A stretch of 64,000 bases of DNA from Felis catus (taxonomy: Eukaryota). Each line of letters opens with the position of its first letter. The stretch's first letter is position 1. The notes beneath the pieces are model-generated. The model saw only the letters and a list, made by a program, of their open reading frames with translations. It did not search any database and had not been told where the DNA came from. A program made the translations under genes and the position numbers. Below, piece after piece: positions 1 through 10,769 of the stretch. Location of the stretch: positions 56,360,001 through 56,424,000 of the forward strand of contig NC_058382.1 of NCBI RefSeq assembly GCF_018350175.1. Direction: 5' to 3'.

Positions 1-690
1 CTGAGTCAAGGCCAGAGGTCATGTCTTGGTTTAACAAGACCACGTGTTGACAAGCAGAAAACTGCTTTCTTCACCCGGCAAGGAAAGCCACCGTCTGGCT
101 TCAGAGCATGCTCTTTTTGTTGTTGTTGGTATGTTGCTGACAACCCTGTTCAAAGGAACCACAAGGAACAAAAATGAAAGCAGAAAAGGCTAACTTTGGT
201 GTAATTAAGAGATACCACTGCTCCTTTTTCTCAGCAATGAGGCCACGGCTGACTCAGTCGATAAGGGCGGTGAAGGAGCAGGGCCCAAGGTGCTGCGGGG
301 AATGGACTGGCCCTTTTGTGGTCAAACTTGCAGTCCCAGGTTTTGAGGCAGAGCTGGATGGCAACAGAAACAGGCCAATCCACGGTTTTCTGAAAAGGGG
401 GAGGGGATGGACGAAGAACTCACCTTTATTTCCTTTTCTAACTTGGAGCTCGCCCTGGCTTCCCAATGGGGTCCTAAGGGAGAGACTTCAGTGTGGGGCT
501 GGTCCTGCCTCCAATAGCAGGAATGGGGAAGGTCTTGGACACAAACGCCCTCTGGTGCAAGCTTAAACGGTCCCACCTGTGGGTGTTTCATTGGCGATGC
601 TGGTGTTTCGGATCAGGAGATGAAGAACAGACCCAGCTTAGGCCTTTGGGGAAGGCAAATATTCCTCCTAGGCTGAAAAGTTGAGGCTCG

Positions 691-1050
691 TGCATTCATT
701 CATTCACTTAGCCATTCATTCAGAAATGTTTATCGAGTGACTACTCTGTGCCAGGCACTGTGCTGGCTGCTGCCCATGGATTCCCCTCTCATGGAACACA
801 CAACTGGAAGAGACACAGAGCTGTAAACATGCAGATGAGACGGTGACAGGGAGCAGTGGACATGTGGAGAACCTGAGAAGGCAGAGGACGCAGCTCCCAA
901 GAGAACCCCCCCTCGTGTACCATACCAGCAGGCAAGGCAAAGTTGGGCCAGAAAGAGTTCTCCAGGCAGTGACAAGATCATAGGTGCAACATCTAGAACC
1001 CAGAGAGAGCATCCAGTACCTGGAGAGCCAAGAATCACTGAATGGGGCTG
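691..1050 (-). mobile_element. L2 LINE 3' fragment
   Basis: cattcattcattca...aaatgtttatcgagtgactactctgtgccaggcactgtgct is the reverse complement of the L2 3' end; distal boundary approximate. Confidence 0.7.
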
Positions 1051-1261
1051 GGTCAACAAGGGCCCCTGACAAATAAATTTAGAGGAAGAATGAGGGGCTG
1101 GACAATGAAGAACCGTAAACACAACTCCAACTCCAGCGAGTTCACGCCTTATTCTGCAGATATCAGTTATACATCGAGGAATGACATGACCAGATTGGCC
1201 TTTTAGGAAGATAAATCAGCTTGTGGTGGGTCACACCTGGAGGCTGAGAAAACCAGAAGCG

Positions 1262-1263
<2 letters not shown>

Positions 1264-1292
<29 letters not shown>
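1264..1292. repeat. (GT)n microsatellite
   Basis: about 14 perfect GT units. Confidence 0.95.
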
Positions 1293-2566
1293 CACGGATG
1301 GCAGCTGTAACAGCAGCCCAGGTGGGCGGTGCATGGCACCTGGGCCTGGAAGTGGCAGGGAGACTGGAGAGAAGATACCGAGGCAAGCACTGGGCAGCCT
1401 TGGTGAGTGTTGGGTGGGGAGGGAAGGAGGTAGAGGAAAAGGAAGACCCCTCTTAGCTGGGAACATCATGCCTCCATAGGATGCTGAAGAAGTCACCTGC
1501 ACAGAGGGTTTAACTGTGGGTCAGGAGACTTTTCATAAAACTAAGGGGCCTGTTTTATCCCTCCTCCCTCAAGTTCACTCTTTACCAGGGCTGCTGTGCT
1601 TTCCTTCCGTGAAGCAAGGGGTAAGTTCTCCCAGAGGAGATAGATCTACCCTCCCATTATACACAGGTGGACGGACAGGCTAGATGCTAGATGTGGAGCT
1701 GGGCTTCTAGGGAGTAGGTTCATTTTGTACCCGCAAGGCTCGTGGGCCACCAGACTCTCAGAAGCTCCTTCCCTATGTGTCCCCAGGTGTGAACACAAGT
1801 CCTGCCTGATCTGTGCCTTGTGATTTCAGTTTAGTTATTCCTGGTTCTGGATTTGAAATCTTTTTTTTTTCTTTTTTTTTCTGCCAGCTCAGAAATGCAC
1901 AACAGCTGTGTTCACTGTTGGCCTTCTAGCCTCGAATTCATTCTAAATACATTCCTTCTTAGTAATTTCTTCTTTGAATGCTGATGTTGGCTATGCATTA
2001 GTATACACAATCCACAGGCTCTATGTTGCTCAATTTTTAGTTCGTTTATTTGACAACTTAAAATTCCTCACAAGTGGTGCTTTTATTTTGTTATTTGCAT
2101 CTGGAAATCATTGCTAACACGCCATGGAATAAATCTGGGTTTTTTTTCATAATTTTTTTCTTATTATAAGAATAATAGATGTTCATCAAAAACTTTAAAG
2201 AAAAAAACATATATTTAACAGTAACAATATAAGCATCTCCCAAGTCCCACCACCACCTTCCCCATAGTTTGAGATGGTCACTGCTGGCCCTCCATCTTTA
2301 AAGTGCATACAAATCTGTGAAAGCACAGCTGCCCAGGCCCCGTCCCATCAGACTGGGGCTTCCCTGGGTCCGGAGTGGGGAGTTAACCTTGGAGTTAACC
2401 ATTCTAGCACGCACACCCCAGTTCTGCTGGTTCTCCCAATTCGAGAAGCTCTGTCCTAAACGTGCAATACCCACACAGGGCCATCCTGTTCTCCCTGACT
2501 TTCCACTCACCAACATCTCAGAAACGTCTTTCATGTCCTCAAAGGTCCTTCTTCAATGGCATTTTG

Positions 2567-2764
2567 TTTCTTCTTTTTTTTTAAGTTTATTTATTTTGAG
2601 AGAGAAAGAGAGAGTACAAGTGGGAGAGGGACAGAGAAAGAGAAACCGAAGCAGGATCTGCACTGTCAGCACAAAGCCCCATGCAGGGCTCAAACCCACA
2701 AACCGTGAGATCATGACCGGAGCCGAAATTGGACACTTAACCAAATGAGCCACCCAGGCACCCC
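2567..2764 (-). mobile_element. CanSINE (SINEC_Fc-like)
   Basis: T-rich tail, (GA)n, ...gagccacccaggcacccc head; perfect 15-bp TSD ttcaatggcattttg at 2552-2566 and 2765-2779. Confidence 0.95.
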
Positions 2765-3113
2765 TTCAATGGCATTTTGAAATGCTGTGTGATGTGGTGT
2801 GCCATTGGCTCAGCCGTTGTTAAATGCCCGAGGTTCTTAATGCAGGGTCCACAGATCCTGAGGGGGGCTGTGGGTAGATCAGTTCCCTTGGTAATCCAAA
2901 GGATTTTTGTTTTTGCCCTTGAAATATTATCTGGGGAAAGATGCCACATGATTTACAGAAGGAGTCCATTAGACAAAATGGTTAAAAACCTCTTAGACCA
3001 TCCCCAGTGCATGGCATTTAGTGGTTTCCCTTGAACATCTCCTAGTTGTAAGTCATATTGCTATGATTGCCACCATTCACAAATCTTTGCCTAGGTAGGT
3101 ATGCATGCAAGCT

Positions 3114-3170
3114 TGTGTGTATGTATATATGTGTGTGTACGTGTGTGTGTGTGTGTGCACGCGTGTGCAT
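3114..3170. repeat. Imperfect (GT)/(AT)/(GC) alternating purine-pyrimidine microsatellite
   Basis: tgtgtgtatgtatatatgtgtgtgtacgtgtgtg...gcacgcgtgtgca. Confidence 0.9.
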
Positions 3171-3785
3171 AAAATCAATGGTTGCCTTATATGAAACTTG
3201 AAACCAACAGTCAAGAGCTGATGTAACAGCCTACCTCAGGAAACAACCCCCTGACTCACTCCTACCTGAGATAGGCTTGAATCCACCGTGTCCCTGCTCT
3301 GATGCATTCTCTGTCCGTCTCCTCTGCGGCCCTGCTTCCATCTGACAACACCAGCGTCTCTTCCCCACCCATCCTCACACTCCCCAGGTCTAGAACATCT
3401 TTGTTCTCATCATGCTGTGCAGCTATCATCTGGGACAATATATCCTCAGCCCTGCTGAGGATTAAAAATACGGCTAATAGGGTATATATGTTCCATGCAT
3501 GCTTGGGAATGTATGGAATACACTGGAAGCCTTCCAGTTCCACCTGTGGTTCCCCCATCATTCTCACTCTCCTTCTCTTTCCCGTCATTACAAATAGCCT
3601 CATTTGTGCTGCCCTCTCTCTGAGATTCTCCGCTGAGAGTTGCCCTCTATCAGAAGGGCGCTGCTGGGCTCCATGCTTTGTGTGCTTCAATACTAATTCC
3701 CTGCAAAGGAGGTGTTTCCATGGCCTTTACAGAGGAGGAAACTCAATGACTTCTCTGATGCCTCAGAGTGCTGAAGCTGAGATTT

Positions 3786-4362
3786 TTAAAAGTCTTTATT
3801 GAAGTATGATATATAGACACAAAAGTACAAGATCATGAGTCTCCAGTACCATGATTCTTTTACAGACAGAATGCACCCATGACGTCAGCACTCCAACCAC
3901 AAAATGGAACATTATCAGCCCCCAGAGCCCCCTTCACGTCACCTTCCAAGCACTAACTCCACATCCCCCCAGTGTAACCAGCCCTCCCCTCTATCACCGT
4001 GAGCTAGTTTCACCATTTGGTACATAATATAAACAGAATCATACAGCATGTATTTTGTGTTAGCTTTTTGTATTTTTTGCTCAGCATTACACTGGTGAGA
4101 TCCATCTTATTGTTAGGCACATTTGTAGAATCACAGATGTATAGTATCACATTTTCTAAATACACCACACGCTCTCATTTCTACTGTTGAGAGGAATTTG
4201 GATCATTTCCAGTTTGGGACCATTACAAATAGTACTGTGATACTACCCTCATGCATGCCATTAAGTGAACATACGTACACATTCCTGTTGGTATATATCT
4301 AACCATGGGGTTATTGGGTCAGTTTTAGTAAATTCTGCCAGACAGTTGCCTAAGTGGGTTAT
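3786..4362 (-). mobile_element. Old L1 (L1ME/L1MC-like) 3' fragment inserted into a MIR
   Basis: tttattgaagtat..., acagaatcatacagcatgta, tttccagtttgggaccattacaaatag match the antisense L1M 3' end; MIR halves on both sides (about 3700-3785 and 4365-4400). Confidence 0.75.
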
Positions 4363-4911
4363 ATGGAAGCTGAAATTTAAACCCATTATTCTGACTCTAC
4401 AATGACTTGTGGGAGTAGGGTGAGGGGCATATTTCTTTTTCCGTTGTTCCTAAAGAAAAATATATGCAGTTTCTGTCCCACTTGGTAGTGATGGCCATCA
4501 ATATCAACAATAGCAGGGGCCTGTGGAATGTTTTTGGATCACATTAGAACCTGTTGCCTTCACCGTCGAGAACTGGAGGAGGTCACTGGTTCTCCACCTG
4601 TGCTGATCCTCATGATATCAGGCCGTGTTACCAAAGACCCTTAGCAGCACACTTTTCCCAGATACAGGAAGATTTGCTACACGGTAAACAATAAAGCGTT
4701 CTGACCCACTGATGTACAGTTGTTGAACAGACAGTACGCATATCCACCTTCATTTGACACCCCTGATGAACCACTAAGTGTTTGAAGTGTCCCCTAGTCC
4801 TTCCTAAGTGTCCTTCCTAAGTCAGAGAAATCCACCTTGAGGCTCTTGCTGCTCTCTGGTTATGTTTGTGTTTATTGATATTTCGATCTTCTCCCTCTCT
4901 CAATTCAGAGA

Positions 4912-5035
4912 GATCATAGACCATTAGAGTTGGCAGGAACTCTGGAGATGGCCCAAACCCTTCACTTTAGAGATAAGATGGAAAATTATTTGTCCAAAGT
5001 TAAAAGACGGCAGAAGTCCTAATCTGCCCCTCATT
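4912..5035 (-). mobile_element. MIR3-like SINE fragment
   Basis: tcatagaccattagagttggcaggaactctggaga...cccttcactttagagataag. Confidence 0.55.
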
Positions 5036-5499
5036 CTGTTGCCCTTTTGCTTACACTGGGTCTTCTGAACCTTCATGGTCCTGGGGAAAACCTGAGCCCA
5101 GTCTGGAAACTTCCCAGGACTTTAGGAGTCTCAGCAAAGCACACCATGACTAATGTCAGGTGTCCGTGATCTCTAGGATCATTCGGCTGAGACTGACCTT
5201 GTCCCATATCTTTTTGCTGGTCTTAGCATTCTTAGAGGGTGGTTCCAACCCTAAGGGTTCAGCTGATGGGCCCCCATGTGCCCTCCCAGGGTCAGAACAC
5301 ATCACAGGACCAATCCATCCTTTGAACAGGAAAGACAGGGGTGAAAACTCCAGGAAGTGGGAATATATCAGTGCAAGATCCCACCTGGGTAACCCCTGTT
5401 TTGTCTGAAGAGAGAAACTTACAAAATCCAAACAGGCTAATTTGGAGAGCTTAATTTCTGCCCTGGTTGTTTGCTTGTGTTGTTCCCATTTTAGCCTCA

Positions 5500-5593
5500 A
5501 CATCTAGCATGTCTTGTACAGACTAGGCTTTCAATAAGTATGTGTTGAATGAATAAATAAATGAGTGAATGAATGAATGAATGAATGAGTGAA
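5500..5593 (+). mobile_element. L2 3' end with (TGAA)n tail
   Basis: taggctttcaataagtatgtgttgaatgaataaataaatgagtgaatgaatgaatg. Confidence 0.75.
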
Positions 5594-6236
5594 GGAGTGG
5601 CCAAAAAAAGGTCAATTCCAGTGGTCTCCCCACACTGGGTTAGCACTAAAGGACTCACCTTTACCTTTGCCTGTAGGCACCTATATATTCTTCTATATGC
5701 AGAACAAATGCCTTTAAGTTTGGGATTAAGAAAAATAATTTTTCCTTTTCTATATCAGTTACTATTAAGTGGATAAAATGATGACTTTGATAGAAGAAAG
5801 AAGGTATATGGGGAAAGTTTCAGAAATTTAAATGTTATATATGAACATATATTTATATATGTATTATATAATTTGTATTATGTAACATGTTATATAAAGT
5901 ACATTTTGTGTTGTGAGGTGACACTTCCTGATTTTAGTTTTGCGGAAAGAATGGATCCTTGTAAGTAAATTGTACAGGTGACTGAAGCAAAACTGTTTTT
6001 GAAAAAGTGATCCACTTGGATGCCAGTATCTCTGTAATGTTTTATACAGTAGTTCCCTCTCTTCAAGTAAACTGAAGTTAACATGCCCATTTATTAATGG
6101 AAAGGAGGCTTTTATTATTATAACTATAAAATGAAATTGTGTTATACCTTCCGAAACCGGGGACACATGGAGAGATTATATGCTCCCTATGTTAAGTGGC
6201 TTCATTCTGCTGGGTATTTTCATGTGTGCTTTTTAT

Positions 6237-6259
6237 TTTTTTATTTTTTAATGTTTATT

Positions 6260-6312
<53 letters not shown>

Positions 6313-6483
6313 TGGAACATGAGCAGGGGAGGGGCAGAGAGAGAGAGACACACACAGAATCTGAAGCAGGCTCCAGGCTCTGAGCTGTCAGCACAGATCC
6401 CGATGCAGGGCTCGAACTCACAACCGTGAGATCATGACCTGAGCCGAAGTCAGACGCTTAATTGACCTAGTCACCCACTCAGG
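6237..6483 (-). mobile_element. CanSINE with expanded (GA)n
   Basis: Typical body caggctccaggctctgagctgtcagcacag; TSD catgtgtgctttttat at 6221-6236 and 6484-6499. Confidence 0.95.
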
Positions 6484-6684
6484 CATGTGTGCTTTTTATA
6501 CTTTCCTGATCTCTTTCTCCATCTCCAGATGCTCTTATCCGCCACTCCTCCTTCCTGACCCTCTACCTGTTCTAATAAGATTAACTAGTCCTTGGAATTT
6601 GCTGCTTTCAAATCGCTGTCGGCTGGGAAATTAGTCTCCGTGCATACCCTAATCCTGTGATATAAACTCAGAAAAATGAGATGA

Positions 6685-6870
6685 GACAGACTTGGATTTG
6701 GTATCTGTTCTACCGGTCACCAGCTGTTTGACCTTTGCACAGGCCACTTGAACCATATGAGTTCTGTTTCTGGTGGGAGACAAGGTTGGTAACACCTTCC
6801 GTCCACGTTTGAGGAAAGACAAAATGAGACCACTCCGTTGATCTCTGGCCACATAGTAAATGCTCCGTCA
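6685..6870 (+). mobile_element. MIR
   Basis: Degenerate MIR core (ctgtttgaccttt...ccacttgaacc...ctggccacatagtaaatgctc). Confidence 0.6.
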
Positions 6871-7234
6871 GGGTGCCCCTCCTTTCATTCTCTCCCTTCC
6901 TGGCCAAAATCCACCTGCAAAGGTGTTAAGTGCTTGTGAAGCTCTCTCCAGAAGGAAGCAAAATAGGCTTGTACTTATGTAGATGTTGAAGATATCTTTC
7001 ATTCCTGTGGTTGACCCTTCCAAAGAATGAAAGTTGTCGTGTAAGTGTGCTATTTAATCAATGTTACTGTACTAATAAAAGACGCTAACATGACTTAGCA
7101 CTGTCCAGGCAGAATGTTAAAAAACAAAACAAAACAAAAAAACCTTTAAAAAAAAAAACCTGGTAATCCACTCTACCCATCTGCCATTTTCTCTGTTCTA
7201 GTTGAATATATGAGAGCACATCTTCAGCAGTAAA

Positions 7235-7331
7235 TTCAAATATAAGACCATGAGATCTGGTCTGTTCACAGTTGCACTTTGGGGGCCTGGAACATCATAG
7301 ATGCACCATAATTTTTTTGACTGAATAAATA
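7235..7331 (+). mobile_element. L2 3' end fragment
   Basis: ataagaccatgag...tctgttcacagttg...cctggaacatcatagatgc...ttgactgaataaat. Confidence 0.6.
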
Positions 7332-7659
7332 ATCTCTTTCCTGCAGATGTTGTATCATTTATGCTGTGCCCAGGTCCTGTCAAAGGAAAAAAAATGAAGG
7401 CAAAAAGAGAGACACTCACCCAGCCGTTTGTCTATTTTTTTTTCGCCCCTCTGCTCAGGGCTAAATTTCCCTGAAAAATCACATCAGATCCCAGCTGTCA
7501 GAATGAGTTCATTAGCCGGGCTAGGGATTCTAGCTTCTGAGAGCCTCAGCTTCCACCCAGCCAGGTGTCTGCTTCAAGAACAGCGTTCTCTTATGCAAAA
7601 CGTTGGTAGAAATGACCTGCTTTCTGACAAAGAGCAGCTCCAGAATCTGCCTGCCCTGT

Positions 7660-8150
7660 GCTACGGGATGGTCAGTGTAGATGGAGGAGCGTGCAGGCGG
7701 CCAGGGACCGGCGGCAGGAACGTGATCCGGCCGCTCTGACATCGTGAGCTTGCCGTGCAGATGGTCCAGTTGCAGAAGGAGATGCTGTGGCTGTGTTCCT
7801 CCTTGCCCTTGCTGATGTAAGCATGGGGACATCGTATTCAATTTTTGGTCTCCACCCATATGCTGCTCCTCCAATGTATTTGTCCACATGAAGGGAGATG
7901 AAGCACAAAACAGTAGGACATCCAGCTCTGCTTTAATTACAGTGATGAGCTGTTTGTCCCGGTGCCACCCGCTGCGATGCCGCCTTGTTCCCCTGACAAA
8001 CTCAGAGCAGGGGTGACGCCGACTTCCCCGGCAGCCACCAATCGCCGTTCCCGGGCAGCAACCGTGTTTGGTTTGATATTTATTGTTTGAAAACCAAGGG
8101 CTATGACTCTGCCAAGCGTAATGAAAAGGGGAAAATCACTGGGGGCGGGT
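7660..8150. promoter_or_regulatory. CpG-enriched unique patch (candidate enhancer or weak promoter)
   Basis: About 22 CpGs counted by eye in 7660-8070, far above the flanks; CCAAT near 8038 and GC box GGGCGG at 8143-8148; no repeat recognised. Confidence 0.4.
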
Positions 8151-8704
8151 ATGCAATTTTGAAGATGGGAGGTTTTGAACAAAGTCCTGATACTGACAGC
8201 ATCCCTGGCACATGACAGATGACATTGTCATTCTCAGCAACAACAATGCGGTCATGGCTCTCACGCAGGTTTAATTGTCCAGCAGACACTAAGGGCCATG
8301 TCAAGACAGTTCAGCCAATGGGAATCAATACACCATTCAGGGTCCTTTTGGCCTTATGCTTTGCACTTCATTCATTCATCTTTTTCCCCAAAGAAATTGC
8401 TCTTCTGGAGGGCTTCTGCTTGCTCACATGGTATCTCCCTCGCACTGGTCTCTGTGGTCGCAGAGAGCAAAGACCTCACCTTACTCACCTGGGTTCTCTC
8501 GCTCCAGGCACAACACCCGCACGCGACATAAGCTGTAACTATGGATTCAGTGGAATTAGAGAGACCAGGAGGCTGGTTACTCGTGGAGGCATAATTTTTT
8601 CGGGGGCCAGAGAGATGATGATAGGCACAGGGGTGGGAGAATATGGACAGCAGCCTGTGGAATCTGAGCCCTTCGTGATTGGTGGGCAGAACTTACCAGA
8701 AGAG

Positions 8705-8945
8705 TCAGGGCAGTGGGTGAAATCACGGGCCAGTGAGTTGGACCGCATGGCTTCATATCCCACCCTGCCACCCACCAGCCAGATGACTTTGGTCGGGATA
8801 CGTGACATCTCTATGACTCAGTTTCCATATATGCACAGTGAAGGTGATAATAATACCTGCCTCATAGGATTTTCCTGAGGGTTAAATAAGACAATCCTTG
8901 AGAGTATTCTGGCACGTAGAAAACTCTCAACCCATATTAGCTATT
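8705..8945 (+). mobile_element. Near full-length MIR
   Basis: gatgactttggtc...ctctatgactcagtttcc...ataataatacctgcctcataggatt...ctggcacgtag...tattagctatt. Confidence 0.85.
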
Positions 8946-9367
8946 GTTGTATATTGTTATTATAAATACCTAATGCAGTTAATATCTTTGTACTTAGGAC
9001 TTACCATGGGCAGGTGTGAATGTCTCTTTTGAAGACCCAGAGATGGATTTACCCTTATACCCCTAACATTATACTCAAAGACACTATTTGGCTCATTTAA
9101 AAATTATTTACTCATTTTTAAAGACCCCTTTAAGCTCTTTTTAGTACAAAAAGTAGTTCTATTCCTATTCTCATAAGAATGGCGTGAAAAATCTTACTAC
9201 ACTCATAATCTTAAATTAAGATAATTGAAATCTGCTGTTGGAAAGTGGACCCCAAATATATCAAAAAATTAATTCATTTCAATTATAAATAACAAGAATC
9301 AACTGTACTTGAATGTGTGTGAAGTATAGAATCATAGTTAAACATTTAAAGAATATGTCCTTATCTG

Positions 9368-9415
9368 GTTACTATGGTGACAGGTTACTCCAAGAATTCA
9401 TGGTTCTATGGTAAC
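9368..9415. promoter_or_regulatory. Tandem RFX X-box-like motifs
   Basis: GTTACTATGGTGAC (9368-9381) and GGTTCTATGGTAAC (9402-9415) compared with consensus GTNRCCATGGYAAC. Confidence 0.4.
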
Positions 9416-10023
9416 AATGGAACTATACTATTTCCTCTCCATATTGAAATATTCAGCAACTAATTTCCGGTAGCTTCATAATATGTCATGTTAATGACCT
9501 CAGAGGTGGAAACCAAGGTGGTGAGATCATCTCCATGCTCTACAATTATTCTATGAAACAAAGCAGGAAGAAAACATGTTTTTATACTCATTGGACTGGG
9601 AACTACAAGGGAGTTCTTAATGAGAAAGAGATAGCAATGACACTTCATGGGGAAGTGCTAAATTTAACTCAAGTGGTTACTATTACTTATTCATTGGGTC
9701 CAGAATAGATAGGATCACCACCATGAGACAATTATAGTTTCATATGGGTGAAGCCAGAAAGAATATGGTAGAATTCAATTCAATTTCACCAATTGTTAAT
9801 GGAACCTATCATGTGCTGGGCACATATGAAGTAGGAATTGCCCCATAGCTATTCTTTGTCTGTTAAAATTTTTATAGTATTTGTGTGTGTGTGTACTACC
9901 AAACATTCAGAACAGTAGGAATAATAAAGAAAGAAAACGTAACTGAGGTCTAAAAACCCTATCGTCAGAATTAGTTTCTCCAAAGTTCCTCGCAAAATCC
10001 TAGAGGTAACAAAGGATGTGAAG

Positions 10024-10450
10024 CAGAAGTGTGTTGGAGTCAGCTCATACCAGCTTGCACCAGTTGGTATGCATCTATCCCCAACTCTGTATTCAGTGAT
10101 GTCACTTTAGTGGCTTGAAGTCATCTGTGAAGGGAGTGTTTACACCATAGGAATTGGCAAACACTAGAAATCAGGTTCATTCGTTGTTTCCTCCTTCCCT
10201 CCCTCCCTCCCTCCTTCCTTCCTTTCTTCCCTCCCTCCCTCCCTCCCTCCATCCCTCCTTCCTTCCCTCCCTCCTTCCTTCCTTCTCTCTCTCCCTCTCT
10301 CTCTCCCTCTTCCTTGCTTCCTTCCTTCCTTCCCTCCTTTTCTCTTTTCTTTTCTTTTCTTTTCTTTTCTTTTCTTTTCTTTCTTTTGCTTTCTTCCTTT
10401 CTTTCTCCTTTTTGAGAGTTGACAGTTAAACATTTACCAGCACTCCACTC
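10024..10450 (+). mobile_element. MER63A-like hAT DNA transposon (MITE), split by a microsatellite
   Basis: cagaagtgtgttggagtcagctcatacc...gtttacaccataggaattggcaaac...aaatcagg [repeat] gagagttgacagttaaacatttaccagcactccact matches the recalled MER63A consensus at both ends. Confidence 0.75.
10186..10413. repeat. Compound polypyrimidine microsatellite (CCCT)n/(CCTT)n/(CT)n/(CTTTT)n
   Basis: About 230 bp of almost pure C/T on the + strand. Confidence 0.95.
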
Positions 10451-10599
10451 CACTCTCAAGTAGTGACTTGAAATGATATCTTCATATTTGACAGACATCT
10501 CCCTCCTCTTTCTGTGTCTACTTCTCTCTCCCATACCCCCTCCATATACACACCCGTGAGGTCAGTTTTGCCTCTGTAGATTAAAATTGAATAACAGCT

Positions 10600-10765
10600 G
10601 CTTTTGAGCTGATCTCTGCTTCTCTCACTCTGATTCAAGCCTCCAGTATCTCTTACCTAGACTTTGTGTACAGCCTCCTAATTGATCTCCTCATGTCCAC
10701 TATTCTTGCTCCTTTCAGGTCCAGTCTCCATATAGCAGCTAGAGTGATCATCTAAAATTTTAAAT
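10600..10765 (+). mobile_element. L2 fragment
   Basis: tctcttacctagact...agcctcctaattgatctcc...ctccatatagcagctagagtgatc. Confidence 0.7.
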
Positions 10766-10769
10766 TGCT

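Noticed and set aside
4797..4822. Short perfect tandem duplications (also 45061-45084, about 50543-50580 and about 62690-62712)
   Set aside because: Ordinary slippage products with no sign of function.
8219..8878. 219-aa ORF on the plus strand
   Set aside because: The distal part is MIR-derived; no recognisable homology or splice structure, so probably a chance ORF.
10121..10534. K/E/G/R-rich and S/L/P/F-rich ORFs
   Set aside because: Artefacts of the polypyrimidine microsatellite.
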